Part shown: positions 1 to 10,647 of the stretch, piece after piece
Numbering within the stretch: the stretch's first letter is position 1
Layout: each line of letters opens with the position of its first letter
DNA from: Candidatus Nanoarchaeia archaeon
Lineage (GTDB): Archaea > Nanobdellota > Nanobdellia > Woesearchaeales > GW2011-AR9
Direction of reading: 5' to 3'
DNA: 64,000 nucleotides
Assembly (NCBI GenBank): GCA_035290865.1
Contig: DATDTM010000018.1
Coordinates: forward strand, 11,763-75,762
Position numbers and translations under genes: made by a program
The notes under the pieces: model-generated
The model's input: the letters and a program-made list of their open reading frames with translations, nothing else
What the model was told of the DNA's origin: nothing
The model's database searches: none

Positions 1-690
1 ATTAGCAGAGTAAGAAAAAAGTGCCCCTTTGTCACTAAGGCCAGAACCAGCAAAGATTGAAGATTTAGGATGCCAGGCCAGACCACCTGAAAAATGGCAG
101 TCAATTTTCAATGGTTTACCTCCCAGATAAAAGGCTAGGTCAACCAGATGACTGGAATTTGCTAGAAACCAATTTTTTTTAAGGATTGATTCTATCTGCT
201 GATCTTTAATCAAATGACTCCATTCAGTAAATTCAAAGTTAAAAGAAAGAATCTTCTCTTCTTTTAATAATTCTTTAAGTTTAATCACGGAGGCATAAAA
301 ACGTCGATTATAAGCAATAAATATTTCCACCTGGTTTTGGTGAGCAGTCTGGGCAAGCTCTTTGATCTCATTAGAAGTGAGTCCGCCAGGTTTTTCCACC
401 AGGAGCTTTCTTACTCCATACTGGATTAATTTAAGAGTAATATCTTTCAATAAATCCACTTGGACTGCCACAATCGTAGCGGAAGGAAAAGAAGGGTTGG
501 TCTTAAGGAAAGAAGCCAACCCGCCGTTGATTACAGGTTTTCCTAATTCCTCTTCAAATTTTTTGGCTGAGGCCTGCCCCCTTCCGATAACTATAAAATC
601 TATTCCTAAAGCTAAAAGAACTTTTCCATAAGCACAGGCCATTTCCCCTGCTCCGATTAACCAAACCTTAGCTGTACCCAAAAAAATCAC
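1..690 (-). CDS. Gfo/Idh/MocA-family NAD(P)-dependent oxidoreductase, partial (C-terminus runs off the window start). Not in the ORF track.
   Basis: Manual minus-strand translation from GTG (690..688): MIFLGTAKVWLIGAGEMACAYGKVLLALGIDFIVIGRGQASAKKFEEELGKPV..., with a Rossmann GxGxxA/G motif and a paralogous start to the adjacent 720..1703 ORF. The 362..631 plus-strand ORF is antisense to it. Confidence 0.55.
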   Translation of the reverse strand, partial: MIFLGTAKVWLIGAGEMACAYGKVLLALGIDFIVIGRGQASAKKFEEELGKPVINGGLASFLKTNPSFPSATIVAVQVDLLKDITLKLIQYGVRKLLVEKPGGLTSNEIKELAQTAHQNQVEIFIAYNRRFYASVIKLKELLKEEKILSFNFEFTEWSHLIKDQQIESILKKNWFLANSSHLVDLAFYLGGKPLKIDCHFSGGLAWHPKSSIFAGSGLSDKGALFSYSAN

Positions 691-719
691 CCCAAAAAAT
701 GATCTGAAGTAAAATTACT

Positions 720-1703
720 TTAAGTAATATTACAAAAATCATTGTTTCCCCCATTTATTCTTTTTTGATGTTTAATCAATTCTTTCAGAAAGAATTGGTG
801 TAAACGGGAAGATTCACTAAAATAAGTCAGCCCGCAAGTTCCGGTGGTAAGTATTTCTTTAACTACCTGCTGAGTCAGATCACTTTGAAAAGGGATAATA
901 AAATCTCTGGTTTCAGGTTGCCAATTATTCTCCTCTCTCGCAATTATGACCTTCTTATTCCGATCGTCAATAATAACGTAAGCAGAATTGCATTGGATGG
1001 TTTCAATGGTAGGAGCATAAGAATCCGGATTAGAAAAAAGTATCATCTGGCTTCCTCCTGGATTCCCAGCAAAGAAAGATCCGGAAAGTTCGTTAAATCC
1101 CGCCCTTTTGCTAGGAAAAACTCTTTGGTCTAAAGTAAAGCGTTTTAGTTTGAAATTAGATTTGCCCACCAGATAAGAGAAGTAATCAAGGTAATGTATC
1201 AAATTTGACCCGAGGCCCCAATTCCCACCAGAAACAGTCAGAAAAATAATCTTATCTTTAGAGAAAATATCTTTAAGACCTTGATAAAAAGGCATAATCC
1301 TGCGAGGGCAATTTACCCAGGCTTTGGTCCTATTTGCTTTGAAGAGGGCGGATATTTCTTTATATTCCGCTAAAGACTGGAACAATACTTTTTCCAGAAG
1401 GAAATATTTAATCTTACGGTGAGTCATAATCTCTTTAATAACTTTAGCTCTTACATTTGTGGCAGTGGCCACAATACACAAATCAACTTCTGAAGGTAGA
1501 AAATCCATATTTTGAGAAAATTTTATGGTGATTACTTTCCCGTTAGAAGTAATCTCTTCATACCGTTCTTTTGACCTTCTCAACGAATCTTCAGATGGAT
1601 CAATGACTAAAATAGAAATAGGAAAATCTATTTTAGCTAAAGCTTGGAGATGACGGCTTCCAATCTGGCCGGCCCCAATAAGAAGGATATTTTTAATCTC
1701 CAT
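720..1703 (-). CDS. Gfo/Idh/MocA-family oxidoreductase (sugar or sugar-nucleotide dehydrogenase type)
   Basis: N-terminal MEIKNILLIGAGQIGSRHLQAL Rossmann motif. ~327 aa is typical for the family. Tandem with the partial paralog upstream. Confidence 0.75.
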   Translation of the reverse strand: MEIKNILLIGAGQIGSRHLQALAKIDFPISILVIDPSEDSLRRSKERYEEITSNGKVITIKFSQNMDFLPSEVDLCIVATATNVRAKVIKEIMTHRKIKYFLLEKVLFQSLAEYKEISALFKANRTKAWVNCPRRIMPFYQGLKDIFSKDKIIFLTVSGGNWGLGSNLIHYLDYFSYLVGKSNFKLKRFTLDQRVFPSKRAGFNELSGSFFAGNPGGSQMILFSNPDSYAPTIETIQCNSAYVIIDDRNKKVIIAREENNWQPETRDFIIPFQSDLTQQVVKEILTTGTCGLTYFSESSRLHQFFLKELIKHQKRINGGNNDFCNIT

Positions 1704-1773
1704 GAATCAGATTTAGATTAATTCCATTTATAAATATTTAGGATGATAGATACTATCCAAAATTAGTATAGAA

Positions 1774-4194
1774 TTAGTCTGGAATGACTTCTGAAACAAA
1801 TATTTTTGAAGGATATCCGGTAACCAAGTTTACCTTAAATAACTGAACACTACCGGAGGAATAAATCAGAGATAACCTCAGTAGTTCCTGATACTCTGGA
1901 AGCGGAACCTGGCTTTTCTCAAAAAGGATATAAGCAATATTATTCTTCATTAGGTATTTTTGAATGAAATTAAGATCTAAGTTTAGGGTATTGATACCCT
2001 TAATTTTCTTAGTAATACATTCTACGAAGTCTTGATTGAGGGTAAAATAATTTTCTTTACTGAAGAGCATAAAGTAGGAGTAATAGCTAAAATCTTTGTA
2101 ATGATGAGTCTTGGAGTTAGAGAATAGAACCAGAGATTCTTTTATCATGTTTTTTTCACCGGAAATAGTAGAATAAAAAAGAAGAGCCTCATAAGTTCGT
2201 TCACAATAATCTTTACCAGTGATAACACCTTTTGAGGAATATCCTTCGATTAAAGCTTGTTTTCCTGAGAGGGCAGTTCTAATAAACCCTCCGTCATGTG
2301 ACTGGACAATGTCTTCCCAGGAAGAGACTTTATAATTATCGCAGTACTGGTGAAAAGGGTTAAATAAAACTAAACCATCCGACTGCGTAGACAGCACTTT
2401 TAAGCTCTCTAATAAATCTTTGGAATGAAGGCAGTCTGCTTCAGCCAGCCCGGTAGGTTTCCCAACGAAGCTCTGAAAAGCTTTCAGTTTCAACACCGCG
2501 AGGGGATTATTTCCCGTATCTTCATATGGAAAAGGCTGTTTAATGGTGGGAAGGACGAAAAATAAGCCTGCAAATAAAGAGTTAATCAGTATAATCATTA
2601 TAAACGCAAAGAGGAAAAAGGTCTTAATCTTTCCCAAAGTAATGTTTTCTAAAGTAAACAGATATCTGTAGGTCAATAGGCTCAGAAAGATATATCCGGG
2701 AAATAAGAACTGTTCATTATTTCCGTTGACAATCTCGACAATAAAGATTCCTAAAAGATAGCTGGAAAAAATTATACTTAGATAAGTCAGATTAGGATCA
2801 TTTCCCCTTATCTTTAGAATTGAATTAGTTAAACCGCCTTTTTTAAGGGTAGATTTAATCTTGGGCCAAAGATAAACAACCCCTAAGCCTAAATAAATCA
2901 ACAAACCCAAAATCAGGGAAAAAATTGCGTTAGGAACTAAAAGCTCTGGGCTAAGGGTTACTGATCTGCTATTAAAAGACCCGAGTAAAGGAATCCATAA
3001 ATTATGCTGATGCGTTCCCGCAACAAAAAGCAAGAAATATAATGCTCCCGGAACAAAGATTAAATTCTTAACAAAAAATTCACTCCAATTTTTGAGATTA
3101 AAGAGATGCCCCTCAGCGCAAAGCAATCTTAAAAAGAATATTATAAAATAACCCACGGCCACAACCGCAAAGAAAGGGCTTTTGGTAGCAGCTAAACCGA
3201 GAAGAAGAATTGATTCAAGAACATAATTCCTCTTTTCGCTTCTGATTAAGATGAACAAGGCAAAAGACATCATTATTGCTAAAGTAAAACTTCCCATCTT
3301 TAGGAGCTGATGAAAAAGAAAAAAAGGATTGTCTACTGAAGGGATATTTAGATTAAAAAAAGTATTGATTATCCCAGTAATAGTCCCAAAGGGGAGAGAC
3401 AAAGTTGAGAAGAAAATCACCCAGCAAAAGAATAGTCTCTTTTTATTCTCAAAGAACGAACCTGCAAGTTCGTATAACAAAAAAGAGGTGATGATGATTA
3501 AAAAGCTGGGGAAGAGAATATAGATCAGACTAAGCCCGTCAATTTGAAAAATGTTCACCAGCTGATAAACTAATATTGGAAACCCAAAATGATATTTTGA
3601 TTCCAGGCCCAAATAAGATAATTGTTCAACCGGAAACATGGTCTTAAGTTCCTGGGCCCGGCTTAACTCATAGATGGGGTGAGTTTGATCATGTAGATAT
3701 GTGCCTTCGGAGGTGTAGGTCATCCGATCCGAGAAGAGAAATAAAGAAAAAATAATGAGAATAATTAAAAAGGGGAGATGCCGGTCTTGGAGAAGAGTTA
3801 TGCTAAAAAACTTGTCTTTGGCCTTTTTAAAATTTAAAATCACTGAAACCAGGCCGGCGAATAGAAGAATAAACAGCGAAAAAGAATGGTTCAAATTAAA
3901 AAATTTTAAGATGATGAATAGGACATAATTAAAGATAATTCCGATTAAGAATGAGATCACTAGATAAATCACTGAATTTGGGGTAAAATCCCTGAAGAAT
4001 AAAGCAAAACCAAAACCGCCTAAGAATAAGATTAGAAAATATCCGGAAAAATACAGAAATTCCCTACCTGAAGAGAATAATGAGAAAAAAACAATTAAAA
4101 GCAGAACCAAAGAAAAGAAATTTAAGACCAAACTTAGCTTAGAATACTTCTGTGGTTTAGAATACTCTTTTTGTGGGGCATATTTTTCCTCCAT
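1774..4194 (-). CDS. large polytopic membrane protein (~12+ TM) with a ~250-aa C-terminal soluble domain; possible glycan polymerase/transferase
   Basis: 806-aa ORF. The N-terminal 550 aa is hydrophobic-helix-rich; the C-terminus is hydrophilic. No WWDYG OST motif seen; function inferred from context only. Confidence 0.45.
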   Translation of the reverse strand: MEEKYAPQKEYSKPQKYSKLSLVLNFFSLVLLLIVFFSLFSSGREFLYFSGYFLILFLGGFGFALFFRDFTPNSVIYLVISFLIGIIFNYVLFIILKFFNLNHSFSLFILLFAGLVSVILNFKKAKDKFFSITLLQDRHLPFLIILIIFSLFLFSDRMTYTSEGTYLHDQTHPIYELSRAQELKTMFPVEQLSYLGLESKYHFGFPILVYQLVNIFQIDGLSLIYILFPSFLIIITSFLLYELAGSFFENKKRLFFCWVIFFSTLSLPFGTITGIINTFFNLNIPSVDNPFFLFHQLLKMGSFTLAIMMSFALFILIRSEKRNYVLESILLLGLAATKSPFFAVVAVGYFIIFFLRLLCAEGHLFNLKNWSEFFVKNLIFVPGALYFLLFVAGTHQHNLWIPLLGSFNSRSVTLSPELLVPNAIFSLILGLLIYLGLGVVYLWPKIKSTLKKGGLTNSILKIRGNDPNLTYLSIIFSSYLLGIFIVEIVNGNNEQFLFPGYIFLSLLTYRYLFTLENITLGKIKTFFLFAFIMIILINSLFAGLFFVLPTIKQPFPYEDTGNNPLAVLKLKAFQSFVGKPTGLAEADCLHSKDLLESLKVLSTQSDGLVLFNPFHQYCDNYKVSSWEDIVQSHDGGFIRTALSGKQALIEGYSSKGVITGKDYCERTYEALLFYSTISGEKNMIKESLVLFSNSKTHHYKDFSYYSYFMLFSKENYFTLNQDFVECITKKIKGINTLNLDLNFIQKYLMKNNIAYILFEKSQVPLPEYQELLRLSLIYSSGSVQLFKVNLVTGYPSKIFVSEVIPD

Positions 4195-4328
4195 TTTAGG
4201 TGGGGGGATTATTTAGTTTTTAAAGATTAGGAAAGTGGGGGATATATTAAATTAAAAGTAGCGAAACTCCAGCATTCATCCCCAACTATTAATAAAGGAG
4301 ATTTCTGCTTATTTGGTTTAAGAATAAG

Positions 4329-5465
4329 ATGAAAAATAGAGCACTAATAAACAAATTTTATATACCTCTGGAGAATAAATTTGATTTAAGAATGGCTTTC
4401 GCAGGAGTTTTGTATGGGATTGATGATCTCAGATATCAGAATATTGTAGTGCCTAAAATAAATGAGACTGAAGTATTGATAGAAGTAAAATCAGCAGGAA
4501 TCTGCGGCTCGGATATACCTCGAGTTAAGACTAAAGGAACTTATATCTTTCCAACAATTCCTGGCCATGAATTTGCAGGTATTGTCTTTGCTAAAGGAAA
4601 CAAAGTGCAAAAAGTCACGGTTGGAGACCGAGTCTCAGTTTACCCCCTTATCCCCTGCAAACAGTGCTCTTATTGCCGAGAAAACAAAGAAAACCTCTGT
4701 GATAATTATAATTATCTCGGTTCGAGATGTGATGGCGGTTTTGCTAATTATGTTAAATGCCCAGCTGAAAATGTGCTTAAAATACCGGAAAAAGTTACTT
4801 TTGAAGAAGCAGCCTTATTAGAGCCTATGGCCGTGGCTTTTAGGGGAGTTAAAAGAGGAAGAATTAGGCCTGGAGACAAAGTGATTATTTTTGGGTTAGG
4901 ACCGGTGGGATTGTTTGCTGCTCAATGGGCTAAACTTATGCAAGCCAGTTTAGTTATTGGCGTAGACAGGAACGAACATAAGCTAAAGATAGCAAGGAAA
5001 TGCGGAATAGATCAGGTTATTGACTCAGGCCGGGAAGATTACGATCAAAAAATTAAAGAGATCACTGGCTCAACAGGAGTTGATCTTGTCTTTGAATGCA
5101 GCGGGGCTAATCTCTTTCAGGAGAAGTCAATAGAACTAATAAAGAAATTCGGCACGATTTCACTGATTGGAAACCCTCAAGGGGACGTAATCTTCAAAGA
5201 AAAAAATTTTCAGTTGATCCTGCGAAAAGAAATTACTTTAATCGGAAATTGGAACTCTTTGATTACCCCGGATGAAAATGAGTGGGAAACGGTTCTGGCT
5301 GCTCTTGCTTCCGGAAAATTACTGGTTTCTCCTATAATCACCCACCGCTTTGAGCTTAAAGACATAAAACAGGTTTTTGATGATTTACAAGACAAAAAAT
5401 ATAAAGATTACTGCAAAGGGATATTTTCTATGGGGAAAGAACCCGGGTCAGAAGAAATTAGTTAG
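4329..5465 (+). CDS. Zn-dependent medium-chain dehydrogenase/reductase (sorbitol/polyol-phosphate dehydrogenase-like)
   Basis: GHE motif (PGHEFAGIV), catalytic Cys (CGSD), structural-Zn Cys cluster CKQCSYCRENKENLC, Rossmann GLGPVGL. Confidence 0.8.
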   Translation: MKNRALINKFYIPLENKFDLRMAFAGVLYGIDDLRYQNIVVPKINETEVLIEVKSAGICGSDIPRVKTKGTYIFPTIPGHEFAGIVFAKGNKVQKVTVGDRVSVYPLIPCKQCSYCRENKENLCDNYNYLGSRCDGGFANYVKCPAENVLKIPEKVTFEEAALLEPMAVAFRGVKRGRIRPGDKVIIFGLGPVGLFAAQWAKLMQASLVIGVDRNEHKLKIARKCGIDQVIDSGREDYDQKIKEITGSTGVDLVFECSGANLFQEKSIELIKKFGTISLIGNPQGDVIFKEKNFQLILRKEITLIGNWNSLITPDENEWETVLAALASGKLLVSPIITHRFELKDIKQVFDDLQDKKYKDYCKGIFSMGKEPGSEEIS

Positions 5466-5491
5466 AACAAATATCTTTATCGGAGGAAAAA

Positions 5492-6529
5492 ATGAAAGCC
5501 GCAATCTTAAAAGGGATTAAAGAATTAAGTCTAGAACAAGTTGCTAACCCTGCCATCAAGCCGAATACTATCTTATTAAAAGTTCATTCCTGCGCCATCT
5601 GCGGCTCTGACCTGCGCATTATGAGTTCAGGCAACCCCAGAGTGAAGTATCCAGCAATAATCGGACATGAGATTGCTGGAGAAATAATCGCTCTCGGGGA
5701 AGGTATCACTAAATGGAAGACAGGAGATAGGATTGCGCTGGGTGCGGATGTTCCTTGTGGAAAATGCGGACATTGCACTAATGGAAGAGGCAATTGCTGC
5801 GATGAAAATTATGCTATCGGCTATCAATTTTCAGGAGGCTTCGCAGAGTATTGCCTGCTTGAGCCGATGGTGGTAGATTATGGGCCAATCATTAAGATTC
5901 CTGAAGAGGTCAGCTTTGATCAGGCAGCTTTGATGGAGCCGCTCGCCTGCGTATTAAACGGATTGGAGTTAGCCCAGATGAAAGTTGGTAAAAGCGTATT
6001 AATCATAGGTTCCGGGCCAATCGGTTGCCTAGGCATCATGGCCGCTAAAGCTTTAAGCGCGTCCAAAGTAATCTTAGCAGAGATTGATGATAAAAGGTTA
6101 GAAGTAGCTAAGAAATTTTTGGCTGATTTTTATATTAATTCTAAAACTGAAAACCTAGTAGAAAGAATAAAAGAGATCACTTCTGGAAGAGGAGTAGACT
6201 TAGTTTTTACCATGTGTCCTTCGGTGGAAGCGCAGGAGCAGGCCATAGAATTAGTAGCTAAAAGAGGCTATGTAAATTTTTTTGGGGGCCTGCCTAAAGA
6301 TGCACGTAAAATCCAGTTTTCCTCCAACTCTATCCATTATAAAGAATGTTTTGTGATGGGCTCTCACGGCTCTACTCCTAGGCATAACCAGATCGCCATG
6401 GACCTGATTGCTAGCGAAAAAGTAGAAGTTCAGAAATTAATCACCCACAGATTTAGTCTGGATCAGATTGAAGAAGGATTTAAAGTAATGAAGAATATGG
6501 AAGGGTTGAAAGTGGTGATTAATCCGTGA
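5492..6529 (+). CDS. Zn-dependent medium-chain dehydrogenase/reductase, second paralog
   Basis: CAICGSDLR, IGHEIAGEI, CGKCGHCTNGRGNCC, GSGPIGCLG. SD GGAGG 8 nt upstream. Confidence 0.8.
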   Translation: MKAAILKGIKELSLEQVANPAIKPNTILLKVHSCAICGSDLRIMSSGNPRVKYPAIIGHEIAGEIIALGEGITKWKTGDRIALGADVPCGKCGHCTNGRGNCCDENYAIGYQFSGGFAEYCLLEPMVVDYGPIIKIPEEVSFDQAALMEPLACVLNGLELAQMKVGKSVLIIGSGPIGCLGIMAAKALSASKVILAEIDDKRLEVAKKFLADFYINSKTENLVERIKEITSGRGVDLVFTMCPSVEAQEQAIELVAKRGYVNFFGGLPKDARKIQFSSNSIHYKECFVMGSHGSTPRHNQIAMDLIASEKVEVQKLITHRFSLDQIEEGFKVMKNMEGLKVVINP

Positions 6530-6582
6530 CTATATTTTTTTTAAAAAGTAAAAATAATCTTTCAGGATAATAACCCATAAAA

Positions 6583-7491
6583 ATGATTCAATTAAAATTA
6601 GGCATCAATACTGGCTTCGCCTTAAACCGTTTTCCGCTTCCTGAAGAATGGATAAAAATTATTGGCGAAGATCTGGGCTTGCGCTATGTCCAATTGACTG
6701 CAGACCTAATTAATCCAAATTTAGGAGAGGAGATTGTCCAAGATCACATTAAAAGAATTAATCTTCTCCGTAAAAGATATAATGTAAAAATTGACGGCAT
6801 CATGACTGGGGCTTTTACCAGAGTGAACCATTTCTCCCATCCAGACCCCCAAGTTCGGGCTTATTGGCTTAACTGGTTCAGGAAATTTATTGATTTTGGA
6901 GTAGCCATCGGCGCAACTAACCTGTCTAGTCATTTGGGAATTATGTCTTATTATGATCTGCATCATCCAGAGCAGAAGCAGAAAGTTTTGCAGCAAACGG
7001 TAGAGGCCTGGAAAGAAATTGCAGCTTATGCTCAAGAGAAAGGAATGAAATATCTTAGCTGGGAGCCCATGTCCATACCTCGAGAGTACGGGGAAACCAT
7101 TGCTGAAACAAAAAGAATCCAGAAAATGCTTCAGGGCAGCGCCATTCCGATTAAATTATGTTTAGATGTGGATCATGGGGATGTCTCATCTCCCAATCCT
7201 GATGATAATGATCCCTATGCCTGGCTGAGAGAGTTTGCTAAGGAATCACCCTTTATCCATCTTAAGCAAAGCTTGAATGATAAAAGCGGGCATTGGCCTT
7301 TTACATCAGAAAACAATACTAAAGGAAAGATTACTGCCCAGAAAGTTATTAAAGCTTTAGAACAAGGCGGAAGTAAAGAGTCACTTCTTCTGCTGGAGTT
7401 CTCTTTTAGAGAGAGGGAACCTTTTGAAAGCAGAGTTTTAGAAGACCTGAGAGCATCGGTTGATTATTGGAGAGAATTTGTTAAAGATTGA
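6583..7491 (+). CDS. sugar phosphate isomerase/epimerase (xylose-isomerase-like TIM barrel, AP-endonuclease-2 fold)
   Basis: N-terminal LKLGINTGFALNRFP pattern and a ~300-aa size typical of IolE/IolI/L-ribulose-5-P 3-epimerase-like TIM-barrel enzymes. Assignment by motif resemblance only. Confidence 0.5.
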   Translation: MIQLKLGINTGFALNRFPLPEEWIKIIGEDLGLRYVQLTADLINPNLGEEIVQDHIKRINLLRKRYNVKIDGIMTGAFTRVNHFSHPDPQVRAYWLNWFRKFIDFGVAIGATNLSSHLGIMSYYDLHHPEQKQKVLQQTVEAWKEIAAYAQEKGMKYLSWEPMSIPREYGETIAETKRIQKMLQGSAIPIKLCLDVDHGDVSSPNPDDNDPYAWLREFAKESPFIHLKQSLNDKSGHWPFTSENNTKGKITAQKVIKALEQGGSKESLLLLEFSFREREPFESRVLEDLRASVDYWREFVKD

Positions 7492-7531
7492 ATATTAAAT
7501 TAATCTTTATTCTTTGAATCTGTTGATCTAA

Positions 7532-8293
7532 TTATTTTAATTGATAAGTAATCTCCGCAGCTTTTTCTTCTCCAGAGAAACGTAATCTCAAAAGATACTT
7601 AATAAATTTATGGATGATCTTTAGTTTAGAAAGATGTCCGAAATCCCAACTAGATTCACCAAATTTCCTAGGGTGAAATTCTACGGGAATAGAAATGATT
7701 CTCAGCTTTTCTTTTTTTGCTTTGTAAAGGACATAAAAGTCAAAGTTGAAGTCTAACGGCGGAAAGTTTAATTTTTCCAATAATTCCCGTTGAAATACTT
7801 TTGGCTGGGCATTGATCTCATGGAAATTTTTAAAGAATAAGCTGCTGGATAATAATTGCAGGCCGGTAGTCAGTATTTGGGGAATAATCTTTCTTTTTGT
7901 TCTTCTGCCTTTAATAAGATACAGGCTTGGATTTTCTTTTGCGGAGATTATCTGATAGGCGCGAATAACATCTAAAGGATCGCACTGCATATCTGCATGA
8001 GTATAGGCAAGAATCTCTCCCTGTGCCTGCTGTAAACCAAAGTAAATTCCATTACCATAACCAATATTCTTGGGTACAAGAACAGTCCTGGCAAAAGAAT
8101 ATTCCGGCTTTTTTAGTTCTAACTCAATTATTTTCTGAGAGCTGTCCGTAGAGCCGTTATTGATCAGGATTAATTCAGCATCACGATTAGGGATAACTTC
8201 TGCGAATCGCTTCAGGATGAGGGGGATATTTCTTCTCTCATTATAGCAAGGAACCACAATAGAAAGCCTGGGCAAAGGTTTTGGATTATGCAT
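7532..8293 (-). CDS. family 2 glycosyltransferase (DPM1-like)
   Basis: LSIVVPCYNERRNI...LILINNGSTDSS, the typical GT-A N-terminus with a DxD region. Confidence 0.8.
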   Translation of the reverse strand: MHNPKPLPRLSIVVPCYNERRNIPLILKRFAEVIPNRDAELILINNGSTDSSQKIIELELKKPEYSFARTVLVPKNIGYGNGIYFGLQQAQGEILAYTHADMQCDPLDVIRAYQIISAKENPSLYLIKGRRTKRKIIPQILTTGLQLLSSSLFFKNFHEINAQPKVFQRELLEKLNFPPLDFNFDFYVLYKAKKEKLRIISIPVEFHPRKFGESSWDFGHLSKLKIIHKFIKYLLRLRFSGEEKAAEITYQLK

Positions 8294-9734
8294 GGGTAGT
8301 TAATTTATCCTCCTCAATTGATTTAGTACCTTTAGCTGAGAACATAGATTTAAGATTAGAATAAACCTTTTTGCCAACCATGACTGGATTAATAATCTTG
8401 AACATATAGGGAATATTCAAAGGATTGGAAAAAGCCAGATAAAGATATTCTTTAAGGATTAAACGCGGAAAATTAAAATCTTTCAGACCTTCCGGAAGAT
8501 AAACTCTCTTTCCGTCTGAAAAGTTTTCCGGAAGTAATCCGTCTTTAATCTCTTTTTTTTCCACTAGCTCATTATAGATGGAGGTTCCCGGGAGAGGCTG
8601 AAAATTGTTCAGAAAAAAAAAATTAAACCTGCATTTCCGAATGAACTTGACGGTTTTTCGGATATCTTCAACCGTCTCTCCGGGATATCCCAAAATAAAG
8701 AAACCATGGACTTTTAAGCCCTCCTCTTTGATCTCTTTTACTTTTTGATAGATCTCATCAGGATTAACCTTCTTATTCATCCTCTGGAGAGTTTTCTCCG
8801 AACCGCTCTCCGGGGCAACAATCAGAGATTCCCAGCCAGCTCTTTTCATTAGTTTCATCAGCTCTCGGTCAGTTCTTTGGATCCTAATCCCATTGGGAGT
8901 AGCAAATTTTAAGCTTTTCAGATCTAAATCAATCACTGCCCTACAGAACTCTTTAGCAAACTCAATATTAAAAGTAAAATTGTCATCTACAATATTAATC
9001 ATTCTGATTCCTTTCTCATCATAAAGGTGTTTGACCCATCTCATCAGGTAGGGTATAGAATGAGTCCTGACTAGCTTTCCGTTCTGCAGGGAAGAGGTGC
9101 AGAAAGAGCAATTATAAGGACAGCCTCGAGTAGCCCAAATCGGGGCATTTTCTTTATATTTAGTATTAAGGCGATAGCCCTTTTTCAAATAGTCACTAAA
9201 TTCTATCGAATCATAATCCGGAAAAGTAATCTGGTCTAAGTCCACCTCTCTTCTCATCTCATTTTCAACAATTTCTCCTCGACTATTCCTATAGGCCAGC
9301 CCTTTTATCTTAGACCAGTCTGGATTTGCTTTTTCTATTTCTTCCAGAAATACGGGAAAGTCCAATTCTGCCTCCCCTCTAAAAATATAATTTACTAATT
9401 GGGGGTTGTTTTTCATGATCTTAGAGGCATAGGCAGTAGCATGAGCTCCGCCCAGAATAGTGATGATCTTAGAATTATGTTTCTTAGCGACAATAAGGAT
9501 ATTGATTGATTCTATATAGGTCGGTGACCAACAGGAAACTCCAATCAGATCGGGGTTAAATTCAGTTAACATTTTCTGTAAAGAGCCCGAGTCAGCTTTG
9601 GTCCCCTTTAAAGCGTAATCAAAAATCTTAATCTGATGCTTTTTATCTTTAATATTGCTTTTCAGATAGCCTAAAGAGAGAGGCAAGGTATAAGTTGTAT
9701 CAAAGCCGTAAGGCCAGATTAAAGCGATTTTCAT
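8286..9734 (-). CDS. B12-binding radical SAM enzyme (class B rSAM, probable C-methyltransferase or similar tailoring enzyme)
   Basis: N-terminal cobalamin-binding-like domain, then ATRGCPYNCSFCTSS (CxxxCxxC). Overlaps the downstream GT2 start by 8 nt. Confidence 0.8.
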   Translation of the reverse strand: MKIALIWPYGFDTTYTLPLSLGYLKSNIKDKKHQIKIFDYALKGTKADSGSLQKMLTEFNPDLIGVSCWSPTYIESINILIVAKKHNSKIITILGGAHATAYASKIMKNNPQLVNYIFRGEAELDFPVFLEEIEKANPDWSKIKGLAYRNSRGEIVENEMRREVDLDQITFPDYDSIEFSDYLKKGYRLNTKYKENAPIWATRGCPYNCSFCTSSLQNGKLVRTHSIPYLMRWVKHLYDEKGIRMINIVDDNFTFNIEFAKEFCRAVIDLDLKSLKFATPNGIRIQRTDRELMKLMKRAGWESLIVAPESGSEKTLQRMNKKVNPDEIYQKVKEIKEEGLKVHGFFILGYPGETVEDIRKTVKFIRKCRFNFFFLNNFQPLPGTSIYNELVEKKEIKDGLLPENFSDGKRVYLPEGLKDFNFPRLILKEYLYLAFSNPLNIPYMFKIINPVMVGKKVYSNLKSMFSAKGTKSIEEDKLTTHA

Positions 9735-9789
9735 CTTAGGAATTCTTTAATTTGGTTCTGCACTTAAAAATTTATCTCTCCTTGAATCA

Positions 9790-10644
9790 TTACTTCTTTG
9801 ATAAGAAATATCTCTCCCAAAACAAATATTGCTTTTTATTCTGGATTAAGGGATTAAACTGCTGATTTTCGTTAGAGTTAGAGCTTTTCTCTTTAAAAAA
9901 CTGTTCCCAAAGTTCATATTCTTTCAGCTCAGCAGGAGTTCCCCAACAGATCCATTGCTCCACATCAAAAATAACGCTTTTCTTTCCCAACTTATTAATA
10001 AATATAGGCAGGGCATCAACATAGAACTCATTATTAATCTGGAAATTCTCATTGATCATCAGATTGGCAGCGGCAATAAAATCTTTTGCTTTCCTGAAAT
10101 AAAAAGTAGCGGTGACTGCATGGTCATAGAAAGGATCGTCAGAAAGGGGAACTTTTACTGACATATCTCTGATGGTTAGTCCGTCTTCAACTAAGACTGC
10201 CCAACCATAAGATTGAGGGCTTTTGCGCATCTTTTCCATCTGGGTAAAAGTCCAGACAATACAGGAAATCTCCGGATTATTTACCAGGCTTTGATATTTC
10301 TTTGAATCATAAACATAGCCATTATCGCAGGCTGCGATGAACATGGGTTCGTCTGGCAATAAGTATGCTTGAGCTAATAAGCAGGTATTGGCCTGCCCCA
10401 AGGTAGTTTCATTCACGGAGATGATAATGGCCTTAGGAATCTCAGATTTGATAATCTGATCAATATGATGCTCTTGAAGATGTTCCTGCCTGACTATAAA
10501 AATCCATTTATCGCTAGGAGGCATATTTCTGATAGCTTGAATAATCATGGGCACTCCCGAGACAGGAATAAGAGGTTTAGGCAGGACATAGCCTTCTTTA
10601 GAAAATCTTGATCCTAGTCCTGCTAAGGGGATTACATTGACCAT
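9790..10644 (-). CDS. LicC/TarI-like sugar- or alcohol-phosphate nucleotidyl(cytidylyl)transferase
   Basis: VIPLAGLGSRF...KPL G-x-G-x-R signature of the NTP_transferase fold. C-terminal WGTPAE resembles the LicC C-terminus. Confidence 0.6.
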   Translation of the reverse strand: MVNVIPLAGLGSRFSKEGYVLPKPLIPVSGVPMIIQAIRNMPPSDKWIFIVRQEHLQEHHIDQIIKSEIPKAIIISVNETTLGQANTCLLAQAYLLPDEPMFIAACDNGYVYDSKKYQSLVNNPEISCIVWTFTQMEKMRKSPQSYGWAVLVEDGLTIRDMSVKVPLSDDPFYDHAVTATFYFRKAKDFIAAANLMINENFQINNEFYVDALPIFINKLGKKSVIFDVEQWICWGTPAELKEYELWEQFFKEKSSNSNENQQFNPLIQNKKQYLFWERYFLSKK

Positions 10645-10647
10645 TTC

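Noticed and set aside
362-631. 89-aa plus-strand ORF from the track
   Set aside because: It lies antisense within the partial Gfo/Idh/MocA gene, whose minus-strand translation has clear Rossmann motifs. The plus-strand ORF has low-complexity composition and no start context.
885-5827. Short ORFs in the track (885..1133, 3329..3523, 4567..4821, 5210..5395, 5584..5793, 5627..5827), and similar 60-130-aa ORFs throughout the window
   Set aside because: All are embedded antisense or out of frame inside long, well-supported CDSs with recognisable motifs. They have unremarkable composition and lie within dense operons. Treated as spurious.
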